DNA of 64,000 nucleotides from assembly GCA_001938485.1 (NCBI GenBank), contig MQRK01218924.1:1-64000 (forward strand), written 5' to 3'. Numbering within the stretch: the stretch's first letter is position 1; every line of letters begins with the position of its first letter. This document shows positions 27,110-40,719 of this stretch, in pieces. The stretch is from Girardia tigrina. Taxonomy: Eukaryota. The translations under genes and the position numbers were made by a program. Below the pieces are notes generated by a model. It was not told the origin of the DNA, made no database searches, and was given only the letters and a program-made list of their open reading frames with translations.

Positions 27110-28454
27110 TTGTTCCAAAAATTATTTTAAAATAATTCATTCTCAAATCATAACAATTTAGCTTGATGTCAACTGATGAAGGTTTGTTGAAAGTTGTCCT
27201 AAAAACATTTCGGATTGTGATAATATTAAACATTTTGAAAACAATATTAATGTTTTTCATATTTGTAAAAATTCAATCTTCATATTTTCTAGGGAATCAT
27301 AGTAACACAGAATTTATAAAAACTATGTGAGATCCAAACAAGATTGAAAAGAACACAATTTGGAACTTCAATTATTTAACTTGAAAATTTTAAATGAAAT
27401 AAGTTATAATAAAATTATTTGTAATTGTTGTGAATTTAAATGTTGTTTGATATCATTCATTTCTCGTATTATTAAATTTCATGTGTTTTGAATTTACTTA
27501 CATTATTTTAATTTAATTAATTTATGTATTTTAGTGGAATAAAGTTTTGATTCGGCATACAACAGCAATATTTACATGAATTAAATTTATTAATAGAGAT
27601 TTAAGTTTTTTAAATTGTTTATTAGACTTACAATATCTTCTGAGTCCCACATTTTGTCAATTTTAATATTTTTAGTATTTCTATGTCGGATAATATCTCC
27701 TACATCAGGAATCATGTTTATATTTTTCTCTGGTAATCTGAAATTTTTAAAATTTTGAAAAAAGTCATTATGAATTTTCTCAAATATTGTCTGTAATTTT
27801 AATAAATAGTCATCGTCATCATTCTTGAATTTCATATTGTACGAAAAATATCTTTTTACCGATTCTATGTCAAACAAATCCGATTCGTTATATAAAAAAT
27901 CTATAAAGGAATCTACATTTCTCAAATAGGTGTACGGTTGGATTTTCAAAACAAAGGGGCTTCCCTCCCAAACATCAGATCGATCATCAACACCAATTAT
28001 TATCTTATCACATTTCGGAAACATATTTCTTGTTTTTTGAGCTTTATTATATCCTTCTGGTAGATTTTCTCTAGTTGTAATCCTGTGTCCAAAATATTTA
28101 TGTGTTGGATCAATGATTTGAAGACATTGCTCCACATATATTTTAGTTCCCATTGACATAAGATGTAATTCAAACATTTTACTCATTTGAAAAAGAAAGC
28201 TGTCCAGGTATGATTTTCATTGGATTAAATTTGATTTAATATATTCTTAATTTTACACAGATTATTAATAATTTTGTACAACTGATAATTCAAGTCTAAG
28301 AGTTGTCGTATATGTGATGGCGAGTGGATTTAATTGCGAAAATTTTTTTAAAAACACTAATCGTTTTAAGAGTATATATTTTCCGTGTGATTAGTCTTTT
28401 TTATTGAAGCATTCAACGAACAAGCTATCGCGGCAGATCATGTCAGTGAAGCTG
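27110..28454 (-). repeat. Left arm of a large inverted duplication; counterpart 28681-30244, continuing to ~30947
   Basis: Near-identical reverse complement of the right arm, except a 284-bp deletion (equivalent to 28925-29208) and a few SNPs. Confidence 0.92.
27590..28212 (-). pseudogene. 5'-deleted copy of the FCP1-like phosphatase, lacking the start codon and DxDxT motif
   Basis: ORF 27590-28186 has the same protein sequence as the right-arm gene from MSKMFELH onward (allowing for the right-arm T-run frameshift); the N-terminus is removed by the deletion. Confidence 0.85.
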
Positions 28455-28680
28455 GGAGACATAATCGGGCCATATGCCAGAACCCAGGATTTTTCAGAGT
28501 GGATCGCCAATTTCGAGTTAGTGGCACGGCTCCAGAAACTGGAAGGCTTAGAAGCTTTAATGCCGCTGTTTTCGTCGAAAGGAGCTTTCATTATATACGA
28601 CGGATTTGCGGACGACGAGAAACTGGAATACGGGAAATTGAAGAATGCAATGCAGAGGGCATTCCGTATCGACCGCGTAA
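28440..28680 (+). mobile_element. Gypsy gag N-terminal fragment forming the palindrome spacer
   Basis: MSVKLGDIIGPY...DFSEWIANFELVARLQKL...LKNAMQRAF resembles a retrotransposon gag start. Confidence 0.65.
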
Positions 28681-29013
28681 CAGCTTCACTGACATGATCT
28701 GCCGCGATAGCTTGTTCGTTGAATGCTTCAATAAAAAAGACTAATCACACGGAAAATATATACTCTTAAAACGATTAGTGTTTTTGAAAAAATTTTCGCA
28801 ATTAAATCCACTCGCCATCACATATACGACAACTCTTAGACTTGAATTATCAGTTGTACAAAATTATTAATAATCTGTGTAAAATTAAGAATATATTAAA
28901 TCAAATTTAATCCAATGAAAATCAAAAGAAATATAATTTTTAATTTTTGAATTGTTATATTAAGAGTTTGTTAGAATATTTATATCAATAAATCTTAAAT
29001 ATATAAACAACGA

Positions 29014-29829
29014 ATGAATTTTGATTTAGATCATTGTTTTAACCTTCTTTCTGAAAGAAAATTAATTCTTATTTGTGACATGGATGAAACGTTATTGAGT
29101 ACGGTAATGTTCGATAACATGAAAATTAAATTTGAATATGAAGGTCATATCTTTTCACATTTTATTGAAGACAATGATTGTCATACTTTGTGTTTAAAAA
29201 AACGACCATACTTGGACAGCTTTCTTTTTCAAATGAGTAAAATGTTTGAATTACATCTTATGTCAATGGGAACTAAAATATATGTGGAGCAATGTCTTCA
29301 AATCATTGATCCAACACATAAATATTTTGGACACAGGATTACAACTAGAGAAAATCTACCAGAAGGATATAATAAAGCTCAAAAAACAAGAAATATGTTT
29401 CCGAAATGTGATAAGATAATAATTGGTGTTGATGATCGATCTGATGTTTGGGAGGGAAGCCCCTTTGTTTTGAAAATCCAACCGTACACCTATTTGAGAA
29501 ATGTAGATTCCTTTATAGATTTTTTATATAACGAATCGGATTTGTTTGACATAGAATCGGTAAAAAGATATTTTTCGTACAATATGAAATTCAAGAATGA
29601 CGACGATGACTATTTATTAAAATTACAGACAATATTTGAGAAAATTCATAATGACTTTTTCAAAATTTTAAAAATTTCAGATTACCAGAGAAAAATATAA
29701 ACATGATTCCTGATGTAGGAGATATTATCCGACATAGAAATACTAAAAATATTAAAATTGACAAAATGTGGGACTCAGAAGATATTGTAAGTCTAATAAA
29801 CAATTTAAAAAACTTAAATCTCTATTAAT
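29014..29829 (+). CDS. FCP1/CTDP1-like HAD phosphatase (FCPH domain only, no BRCT), intronless; 1-nt frameshift in a T-run at ~29656
   Basis: RKLILICDMDETLL (DxDxT), KKRPYLDSFL, FELHL...IIDP..KYFGHRITTR, IIGVDDRSDVW, KIQPY are FCP1 signatures. The left-arm copy has T6 and reads on to ...NLNLY stop. Confidence 0.85.
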
Positions 29830-30294
29830 AAATTTAATTCATGTAAATATTGCTGTTGTATGCCGAATCAAAACTTTATTCCACTAAAATACATAAATTA
29901 ATTAAATTAAAATAATGTAAGTAAATTCAAAACACATGAAATTTAATAATACGAGAAATGAATGATATCAAACAACATTTAAATTCACAACAATTACAAA
30001 TAATTTTATTATAACTTATTTCATTTAAAATTTTCAAGTTAAATAATTGAAGTTCCAAATTGTGTTCTTTTCAATCTTGTTTGGATCTCACATAGTTTTT
30101 ATAAATTCTGTGTTACTATGATTCCCTAGAAAATATGAAGATTGAATTTTTACAAATATGAAAAACATTAATATTGTTTTCAAAATGTTTAATATTATCA
30201 CAATCCGAAATGTTTTTAGGACAACTTTCAACAAACCTTCATCANNNNNNNNNNNNNNNNNNNNNNNNNNNNNNNNNNNNNNNNNNNNNNNNNN

Positions 30295-30947
30295 TTTTTC
30301 AAAATTTTAAAAATTTCAGATTACCAGAGAAAAATATAAACATGATTCCTGATGTAGGAGATATTATCCGACATAGAAATACTAAAAATATTAAAATTGA
30401 CAAAATGTGGGACTCAGAAGATATTGTAAGTCTAATAAACAATTTAAAAAACTTAAATCTCTATTAATAAATTTAATTCATGTAAATATTGCTGTTGTAT
30501 GCCGAATCAAAACTTTATTCCACTAAAATACATAAATTAATTAAATTAAAATAATGTAAGTAAATTCAAAACACNTGAAATTTAATAATACGAGAAATGA
30601 ATGATATCAAACAACATTTAAATTCACAACAATTACAAATAATTTTATTATAACTTATTTCATTTAAAATTTTCAAGTTAAATAATTGAAGTTCCAAATT
30701 GTGTTCTTTTCAATCTTGTTTGGATCTCACATAGTTTTTATAAATTCTGTGTTACTATGATTCCCTAGAAAATATGAAGATTGAATTTTTACAAATATGA
30801 AAAACATTAATATTGTTTTCAAAATGTTTAATATTATCACAATCCGAAATGTTTTTAGGACAACTTTCAACAAACCTTCATCAATTGACATCAAGCTAAA
30901 TTGTTATGATTTGAGAATGAATTATTTTTAAATAATTTTTCGAACAA
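30295..30947 (+). repeat. Tandem re-copy of the FCP1-like 3' end across a gap (probable assembly duplication)
   Basis: Repeats ~29656-30244 and starts right at the variable T-run, immediately after a 50-N gap. Confidence 0.7.
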
Positions 30948-30954
30948 AGATATT

Positions 30955-31105
30955 TTAAATAAAATAGTTTTCTTCAAGTTAGTTCAGATTGGAATGAGGA
31001 GTATTAAATTTTATAGATTTAAGTGCAAGCGATACTATTGATCATGATAAAGATGATCAAAAATGTGAATGTAATATATGTTCCGTCAATGTGTTCTCTT
31101 GTCAT
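30955..31105 (+). mobile_element. Partial LTR, family B (3' part)
   Basis: Similar to 62040-62186 (TTAGTTCAGATT...ATACTATTGATCAT.ATAAAGATGAT...ATGTGAATGTAATA). Confidence 0.6.
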
Positions 31106-31324
31106 GATAGTTCTCTTAGCACTATCAACCTGTAAACGTGAACATAAGCGGCGATTTCATCGAATTCACAATTACTTCTCTTCGATTTGAATAATTTGAC
31201 AGTGAATTTCTCCACAATTCCACTGCTAACATTTAATCTCGTTGCCCCATCTAAAGACATTTACAAGAAAACTTTTATCAATTCGTAATTTTATCATTCT
31301 ATTTCGTGTATCACAGTTTACAAT

Positions 31325-32020
31325 ATGGCCTCTAGAGGCTATTCAACTAGTTCAACCTGGTTTTGTTACATTTGCTGCAGTTATACCGTGAAGAAACAGA
31401 GACAGAATATTACTACCTTTTTAAAGCTTTTGTACCATTTTGGTGATAAAATGGGCGATCAGGACAAAGCATGGGCTACTCATCATGTATATGGTACTTT
31501 TGTGGAAGCTTTAAGATTGGGGAGAACAGGAAAGCTGCCTTACCATTTGAGATACCAATAGTAATGCACGAACCTAAAATCCTACTGAAGATTATTACTT
31601 CTGTTCTTGCAATTTACTGGGTATAAAAGCAAAAAAAGGATTCTGACATACCCGGACCTTCCTATTACTATTGTGTCATGAACCAGATGTATCCGTTCTT
31701 CTTCTAACTGAGTCTCTTGACATGATATCATCAGAGGTTAGTGTCACCTCTAGATCGGAACATGAAATAAATTCCTATCACTATAATCATATTAGAGATG
31801 AACCACAGTTATTTTCACAGACTGAATTCAATAATTTGGTAAGCGGACCTTGGTCTGACAAAAGACTTGGCTCAGCTTTTTGGATCAAAGTTGAGGCAGA
31901 AGAATTTTTTGGGTCCCACGACATCATATTCGTGGTACAGACACCATCACAAAGAATTTGTACTTATTTTTCACAGAATGACAGCCTCTTTTATTGTAAT
32001 AATATTCTACACTGTAGAAT
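31325..32020 (+). mobile_element. Chapaev3-like (CMC superfamily) transposase 5' remnant
   Basis: MASRG...FCYICC...GDQDKAWATH...PQLFSQTEFNNLV resembles the Chapaev3 N-terminus. Confidence 0.7.
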
Positions 32021-32582
32021 AATTGTGTTTCGGTTGATCAGACAACACCTTTTAAGGTGAGTTCGACTAATATCTGATCCAAATTTTGGCAAACAAATTT
32101 AGGTTCTATAAATTTTAAATTCATAACTCCAGTTGATTTTCAAAAAAACTGATAACAAAACTTACTTCATTGTCAACCCCAGTTATGGTGTGGATAGAAC
32201 CTGTTGATCAAGAGAGAGCTATTATATAAAAAACCGTTTCAAGTTGGTATACTGAATCCAATTTCCATCTCCTATTATAATTCTGTTAAGAAAGGGGTTA
32301 TTTCTAAATCTAATTAGTAAAGACTTTAAAAGTTTTCATCTTTGTTTCCTATCTACATCCGATAATATATGTTGAATCCATACACATTTTCTATACACCT
32401 TTCCGATCTAATGAAAATATTTACTTGCTGTTAATGTAGGATCAGATTCTACTGTATCTTTAAAATCTTCAGATCGAACTTATGTTGTTTTCCACTTATC
32501 TTTTAAATCAAAATCACCTATACCAACTTTTCTAAATCAAGATATCGTCATATGTATCACAATTTCTTTTAGTTGTGGGAGC

Positions 32583-32873
32583 CAGTTGTAGATTAAGCCG
32601 GTTCGCACCAGTTCTTAAATTTTTTTTGAGTTCGGCGAACCGGTTACTAAGAAGTTAAAATTTAAAACTAACCGACAAACATAACTTATTGAAAACAAAA
32701 ATTATGCATTTTTTAATTAATTAATGTACTGAACTATTATAAGTAATGTAACGAAAAGGTCTGATCTGATATTATTGTTCTTTGTTACGTAAATGTAGGT
32801 AATTTAGATTTATCTTTGATTTTTTTAGTCATCATACCGAACCGGTTCTTAAATTATTTGAATCCCACCACAG
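32583..32873. mobile_element. hAT MITE
   Basis: 8-bp TSD GTGGGAGC (32575-32582 / 32874-32881); degenerate CAGTGGTGGGATT-type TIRs; internal GAACCGGTT repeats. Confidence 0.85.
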
Positions 32874-35256
32874 GTGGGAGCTGCATCGAACCGCGATCGA
32901 AATGAAATAACATATGTTCTTCAGTCGGTTAATAGTGCCACAATTTCTCTCCAAGGTAATGTTTTCAAATTGTTGACCTTTGAACAGAAAAATGACTTCA
33001 AAATATAGCAAATAAATTCAAATTATTAAATAGATATTATATTTGTCTGTTTATGTCAACATAAAAACGATTTATTACTTTTTTGTACCGATTGTATTTA
33101 TAATTGTAAAAAATAATACTTCATTAACTATGCAGAGGAAGTTAGAGTCGGTTTTCAGATCTTATGAAGAAATTCCCAATGCATATATGGAGTTTGAAAA
33201 GAATTTATTGTATTCTGAGTATAGCTGACGTTATTTGCTAAATTGGAGAAGTGTCTGATTATTAATTTATTAGAGCCCTATTTTATGAACACGATGGCCA
33301 GAGTCAATGGAAAATAGTGCGAATTTCAATCTGTTGTGTTTTGACCTCGAAGAATGTCGATGGAGAACACCATCATCACATGTTGAAAGAAATGGAAGTG
33401 TGGCCGCTAGATAATCACCAGTCACACCTCTTCAATCGCATTTTCGTCCTCATCACAAGAAGTATAACTAATATTACAACTAACAGACAAAACAAAATCC
33501 GCGTTCCTGGTGATCATCTCTCAGCTCATCTAGTTATAGAATGGCTTACACGTGATGGAAGACAAATATGTCAGCCCGATCGAAAACCCCTACTGAGAGC
33601 AAAAATGAATGGAATGTGATACCTTTAGGGAAGATAAAAAATGGGCAGACTGACTTGGAGAAAGATGTTTACTCTGCTGTTTGAGTACTGCTAATTTTTC
33701 ATTTCATTTTCTCGGATTATTGCACGCGCGACCCAGAAGAATTACATTCCACAATCAGGTAACTCGTCCTGATCATGAGCAAAATATACAAGCATATCAT
33801 AATTATAACCAAAATACACTTTGAATTCTCAAAAATTTACGATGTCATTGATAAATTCCGACCCTCTCAAGCAGATATCATGTTTTGTAACAGCCCATAA
33901 ACCTATCAACATAACTATACATAATGTTACATCTCGAATATAATTATCGATCACTTACACTGTAAGTCTTACAGTAATGTTGAATTAATGATCTGACAGG
34001 GCCTGTGAATCATCCAGACAAAAACATCCATTGAGACTGAATAGACTTTGTATAAAGGAGAAGATTCGCAAGAAACACTAGAGCGAATGTAACCTGTGAA
34101 TTTCGTGTGGCAATGTGAAACATTCCTTAGAGATTGAGCAACTTTTACATTAGCTACCAGTTATTATGTGCCGACGAGTTAAATAACTCGTGCTACGCTC
34201 TGAGCAAACCGACTAACGATTTTATAATTCGTAGACGCTTTCAGAAATGAAACGAAAGATGTAAACGATTCACTTATTGAAATCTACCACTCAAATAAGT
34301 GTTACTAATTATTCATCAAAGCATCTTGAAAATCGAGAAAAATATCGACATTGTTTAATTTCGGATTTAAACTATCGCTATAAAACTCTCATCTCCCACT
34401 GAGAAAATGATAGAGTCTATGAATACTTTATTTAATACTTATGGCAATATTTTTTATTAATATTTTAATCGTTAACAACGGGGAACTATTCTGGCAATAT
34501 GTTTTAACAAATCTATAACAATAAGGTTTTGTTGGGTATTAAAATCTTTAATCTTAAATATTTACTTTTTAAAACACAAATATTTAATCGTTAATCTGAC
34601 TCCAACTAATCAGTAAGGACTTCCAACATAAATATATAAATAATGAACACAAATTCTATTATGAAACTTTATTTCAAATAACAAAAATTAACACGTCAAA
34701 AATAATAATAATAATTCAATTCTTGATGACAAAACACAAACACAAAATAATATTTCGTACGAGTTAACAGATTACAGTAAAAACTGTGAATCTCCAAAAC
34801 GAACGATAGTTTTAGTTTTTAAATAAAACCTTTTTCTCCCGTATGGGATACTTTTGGTTTTTAAAAAAAATGTTTTAAGTTTTTTAAATAAAAAATACTT
34901 TTTATAATAAATTTAATTTACTTCTTTGTTTTGGTTTACTTGTTAAGAGAAATTTTTGGGCAAACTAAACTAAATTTGCTGCAGTTTATAAAGTGGTTTT
35001 CATCAGCCTTGAAAATTGATCAAATAAAACAAAGACTAAAATATTTTAATTTTCAATTCCAAATTTTGTTAAACTAAATATTATTTTGTTTGAAATAAAT
35101 AATTTTACCAAAAAGATTATTTTAAATTTTTTCTACATAAAATTTTATCAAAAGTGTTCATATGCCTTTTTCGAAACCCTAACAGTTTTAAACTTTATAT
35201 TGTTTTTATATTATATTGTATATCGAAGCATTTTAAGATAAATGACAAATCAAACT

Positions 35257-35511
35257 TATGAGGAATAATTTTGAATGGTTTTATTGTATGTTTTTAGGAT
35301 TGTGTTTTAAATTGTAAATTATTTTGTAATTGATATTGTAAATTAAATGGTAATTTAAATTTGTTTGAATAATTAGACGTTAGAAATAGAAATAAAATTT
35401 ATCAATCAAGAACGATGATTAGCTACAAAAGTTTTGTAGAGTATTGTCCTAATGATAAGTCGAGTTGTGATATCAATAAATGTATTGGAAATCCAATTAG
35501 TGTTTTTAATA
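35257..35511 (+). mobile_element. Solo LTR, family A (internally deleted)
   Basis: TATGAGGAAT...GTGTTTTTAATA with 5-bp TSD AAACT. Confidence 0.75.
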
Positions 35512-37065
35512 AAACTAAAGACATAAAATCAATTTTTCAAAACGCACAAATTTCTGTATTTTTAAAACAAACATAATTCATAATTAAAATTGTCAATTTA
35601 ATAATTAAGTAAAATGTTCGTCCAATTATTTAGATCACTAGTTACGAGGAAACAACAAAAATGCGGATCGTAGAATGATAAAATAAAATGGGATCCAAAC
35701 GTGTGAAAATGAGGTTTCAAATTCCGATGCAAAAAAAAATTAATCAAATATCACACCTTACGCATGAAAATTGAAAAAAAAGAAAATTCAGATTAGAATA
35801 TCCCAACTCCAAGTTAGTCTTCCTTTCTAAATCCATTCGAAATCCTTTCAGTAGTAACTCATACAAATCTTAATGATAGACTTTGGACCTATTCGTTCTG
35901 TACCAACAATAAACTACATAAAAGTATTTCTTGGTCATTTCATTTTTAAAATATTTATTTCGTTTTTAAAAAAAATTACAACTCTTTTTAGTATGTAGAC
36001 AGGTTTAATTAAGAAAATTGAGATGAATTATCAGAGGGTTCGAGAATGACGAATTAACCCATTAATTAAAATAATCAATTAACTAATTGTTAGAGATAAA
36101 AAGAATAAATGATAAAATTTTGTGAATTTTGGTAAAAAGTTGTCGGAAAGTATTCTCGGAAAACTTTATTTTAGATAAAATAGAAATTCATTTGCCTTCT
36201 TTATAAAAATATCATATTTAACAATAATAAAAATTAAGAGTGAAAAAAATAACTGAAAGAAAATTTGTTAATTAATACAATTCTCGAAAGTAGAATAAAT
36301 CATATTATATGAGAATATTATTATTATTATCCAAATACGATTACTCGCGAGCTCGGAAGTCATTTCGTTCGGACATAGAGACTAAATCATACCACAATTT
36401 TGCATAGATACTATTTTCTATTAGTACTTAATACTATACCGAATACGATATTTACGTCTTTCGACAGTTTATTGTTTATATTTTAATATAAATTATGTAA
36501 TTCTATTTGATATTTTTTTATTAGAACTGGCTTGTAAGATTATCAAATAATTACATTAAGTAACGATATTTGTGAATTATTATTAACTTAATTACAGTTT
36601 GAATTTAAAGGAACATATTTAAGAATTTAATTAACTGAATTGTACTTTTGAAAAATTCGGTAAAAAATAATTTTAATATTTTAAAAAAATATTTGTAAAT
36701 ATTTCATAAAGGTTTTAAATTCTATTAGCGCCATTTTATGGACATTCATATCAGTATGACAGTTTTTGTCAATGTGTTCACAACTTTCCTTGTTTTTTGT
36801 TGTACGAGAGAAACTCGAACGATTATATTTACAGAAATATGTGAAAATTATTCGTAAATGTGGTCTCATCTTAAATAAATACAAACTTATTTTCAAAAAA
36901 ATATTTTTTGTTTTTAATAAATATAATCAATTTGTTACTATATATATATATTAAAATAATCAATAACATCATTCAAAAAACTAGATTTTATGTTCGCAAT
37001 ATATTTCAGAGGATTTCCCACCATCTTCAGGCTTAATTAACAACAATTTTGCAGTCATATATATA

Positions 37066-38245
37066 TTAGGTTGTTCGATATGAAACGGGTCAAAATTAAA
37101 GTAAAATGTAAATCGATTTTTTTTAAATAATAACATTTTATTTTTAATCAAAATATCCCCCAATGTTGTCAACACACTGTTGCCATTTCAATGGTAACAC
37201 ATTTAACCCTTTAGTATAAAACACTGATTCACAAGAGTCAATGAATTCTTGAAAGGCCGTTTTCACAGCCCCAGAAGAAGTGAAATTTTTCCCCGACAAG
37301 AAGTTGTCCAAGCTTTGGAAAAAGTGGTAGTCCGTGGGTGCGAGATCCGGTGNNNNNNNNNNNNNNNNNNNNNNNNNNNNNNNNNNNNNNNNNNNNNNNN
37401 NNNNNNNNNNNNNNNNNNNNNNNNNNNNNNNNNNNNNNNNNNNNNNNNNNNNNNNNNNNNNNNNNNNNNNNNNNNNNNNNNNNNNNNNNNNNNNNNNNNN
37501 NNNNNNNNNNNNNNNNNNNNNNNNNNNNNNNNNNNNNNNNNNNNNNNNNNNNNNNNNNNNNNNNNNNNNNNNNNNNNNNNNNNNNNNNNNNNNNNNNNNN
37601 NNNNNNNNNNNNNNNNNNNNNNNNNNNNNNNNNNNNNNNNNNNNNNNNNNNNNNNNNNNNNNNNNNNNNNNNNNNNNNNNNNNNNNNNNNNNNNNNNNNN
37701 NNNNNNNNNNNNNNNNNNNNNNNNNNNNNNNNNNNNNNNNNNNNNNNNNNNNNNNNNNNNNNNNNNNNNNNNNNNNNNNNNNNNNNNNNNNNNNNNNNNN
37801 NNNNNNNNNNNNNNNNNNNNNNNNNNNNNNNNNNNNNNNNNNNNNNNNNNNNNNNNNNNNNNNNNNNNNNNNNNNNNNNNNNNNNNNNNNNNNNNNNNNN
37901 NNNNNNNNNNNNNNNNNNNNNNNNNNNNNNNNNNNNNNNNNNNNNNNNNNNNNNNNNNNNNNNNNNNNNNNNNNNNNNNNNNNNNNNNNNNNNNNNNTTG
38001 TGGCTCCACGGTGGAACTCATATTTCATTAAAATTCTGATTTCACTGATTTCCATTGCGCTGTTTGATTGTTTGTTGACAAGAAACTATTCAATATATTT
38101 GAAATTATATAATTGATTTTTAAAGAGGAATAATATATCTGTCAAGAAATACCTTATTTATTTTCATACGATAGTTCAAAGTTAAGTTATACGCGATTGA
38201 AATGTAAGGTGTGAAGTTTGACCCGTTTCATATCGAACAACCTAA
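37066..38245 (-). mobile_element. Mariner transposon; transposase 38055-37144, centre in an N gap
   Basis: Perfect TIRs TTAGGTTGTTCGATATGAAACGGGTCAAA with TA flanks; MEISEIRILMKYEF... and PDLAPTDYHFF...GGYFD. Confidence 0.93.
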
Positions 38246-38529
38246 TATATATTAAATTGATGGTTGTGTAATTAATTACCTTGCGTAATAATTAATTAAA
38301 TATTTTCAACAGAGGAATAGAGACTTGTTTGGACATTAATTGATGGATTTGGTGATGTATTCAACAATGCCTCACAAGTGATTTTCCCCATAATTTTTTT
38401 AAATTTCTGCACAATAATTTTAAATCAGTTGTTTTCACTAACGATCTGCAAACTTTCATATGTCTCTAGCAGTATTACCTCCATTACCCAATCGTCCATG
38501 TTCCTAAATCCCCTAACACTCTGTCGAAA

Positions 38530-39617
38530 ATGTTTAATCATTTATTATGCAAGGTGATTATATATGGAATCTGCGCCAACGGTAAGACTCCTCTCGTTTT
38601 CTTCGAACAGGGGGTCAAAATCAACCAAGAACTTTACCGACGTTACATTCTCAAAGTAGCCATACTTCCGTGGGCACAACGGCATTTTGGCAATGCGGAA
38701 TGGACGTTACAACAGGATTCCGCCCCGGCCCACAAAGCGAAAACACATCAAGATTGGTGCCGGGCCCATTTTCCAAATTTCATTTCGTAAGCAGAATGGC
38801 CGCCCTACTCACCAATCTGATCTCAATCTGATAGACTACAGTGTCTGGTCAATATTGGAGGCCACGGCATATGATACACGTCGCAACAGACTGGAGTCGT
38901 TGAAGCAGTCGCTGCGTCAAGAGTAGAACCGATTGTCGCCAGAAGATCTGCGGCCCATGGCCGAAAATTTTGAATCACGTTTGGAGCTCTGCATCGCCTC
39001 CGGAGGGGGCCACTTCGAAACTGACTGAGTATATTATTTTTAATGGTTTATGTTATTGTTTTGAATCGTTCTTCTTTCTTTCTTTTGGACCTTAGCCGTT
39101 GGACAGTGGATGCACCCAATTATGTACAATCCTTCTCCACATTTCTCTATTTGTAGCTTCTCTTCTCAGACATCCCATGGTCAATCTACTCCATTCTTTT
39201 AAGTCATCTGTTCATTGTCTCTTTGGTCTTCCTCTTGGTCTTTCTCCTTCCACTCTTTCTTCAATAATAACATTTTCTAGTGCTTGTTTTCTTATTTGAT
39301 GTCCGTAGAATTTCAGCTTCCTTCTCTTGATAGTCTTTCTATTGATTCCGGTTTTTTACCTAGTATATCTGTCAAACTCTCATCCAGACAAATTCGTTGG
39401 TTTTCTTTTCTTTCCATGTGATCTTCAGCATTCTCCTGTAGCACTTCATTTCTAAAGCTTTAATTCTATCCATGCTCTTTTGATTTATTGTCCAACTCTA
39501 GCATCCATAGAAAAGTGTTGCCGAGACAATAGCCTAGCATCGTTTTATTTCTTAAATTTCTTTTCTTTAATATAGTTAAGCATAAAAATATGAGTAACAT
39601 TTTGTTTACCGCACCTG
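38530..39617 (+). mobile_element. 3' half of a Tc1/maT (DD37D-like) element, interrupted by a LINE
   Basis: GKTPLVF, QQDSAPAHKAK, WPPYS.DLN.DYSVW, GGHFE; terminal ...TTACCGCACCTG followed by TA. Confidence 0.8.
39071..39538 (-). mobile_element. 5'-truncated RTE-like non-LTR retrotransposon, 3' end
   Basis: Minus strand encodes LFYGC.SW...EMKCYRRMLKITW...KRRKLKFYGH...RPRGRPKR; GA-rich tail; candidate TSD ATCGTT (39065-39070 / 39539-39544). Confidence 0.8.
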
Positions 39618-40719
39618 TAAATACTGTCGAACATATGATTTGCTTGTATTTTAATATTATTTTCTTAAGTATCTTCCCACAGGGAAGGTGTTTGATTTGA
39701 AAATGATGAAGAATTTTGCTAAAAGCTTAGAAGTAGTGTAATAGTTACTGAAACAACTTAGTTTAATCTTGTTTTGTAATTTTAAAAAGTGTGGTATGTC
39801 AATAATACTTACTCTTCCGTTTGGATTAATATAGATAAATTTTGTTGAATGAAGCAGCGCTTGACTGTTTTAGATGTTGACACTATACTTTCATTTTGTT
39901 AGCATTTTATTGTTTCTATATCAAAATAGAATGTTCATTTTGAAATCAGTAGATGCTTGTCCTAGCAATCCGATAAATCTTTAAAGTATACACAATACGC
40001 TTCACTGACATAATCATGTTAACATTTTGAAGAATGAATTAATTAATTTTCAGTAAATTATTTATTAACATTTTGTTAATAATTTTTCCACCATTTTATT
40101 AGTTCTAAAAATTATGATTTATTTAATAAATAAATTTTATTATACTTAAGAATAGGGATGGAAGAATACATCAAAATACATTCAAATTAATTTTGGATTA
40201 ACAGATTAAAGGTCTTTACAATTTATCACACATTAAGAAATCTTGTGTTTTCAACATAAAATAAATCAGTCAACTGAATTTTTAACATAAGATTTATATT
40301 TCTCAATAAATTCAAATAAAATATCAATGGTTTTCAAGAGGTAATACTTCTAATTTACCAAAATATTATTTCAGAAAAATCTTAAAATTAAGTTCCTAAG
40401 TATAAATTATGATTTCAAATGAAACAAAGAAAAATTTAAGAATTAACCAATAATAGCAAACACAAAACGCTATTGGTGTTGCTAACACTATCACGTCAAT
40501 CACAACATTGATTATCGTCAATTTGATTTGTTAATTCAAAACCATACACACACATACAGGCATACTCATTTTGAGTGGTAATCATCAAGACAATTTCAAA
40601 TGTCTTAAAACAAATACGTTCAATTAATAATATTTTCCATCAAATATACATTAATTGATTTTTTTAAATTCAAATTTTAATCAATATATTACAAAAAGGA
40701 AAAAAACGTTTATTTAAAA

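Noticed and set aside
29656-29660. Programmed frameshift in the FCP1-like gene
   Set aside because: A homopolymer indel; the left-arm copy has T6 and an open frame, so error or polymorphism is more likely.
30295-30947. Third FCP1-like gene copy (tandem array)
   Set aside because: It starts at the T5/T6 variant right after a 50-N gap and repeats the pre-gap sequence, typical of an unmerged haplotype overlap.
33043-34400. Possible transposase remnant
   Set aside because: Coding-like composition, but no motif could be assigned with confidence.
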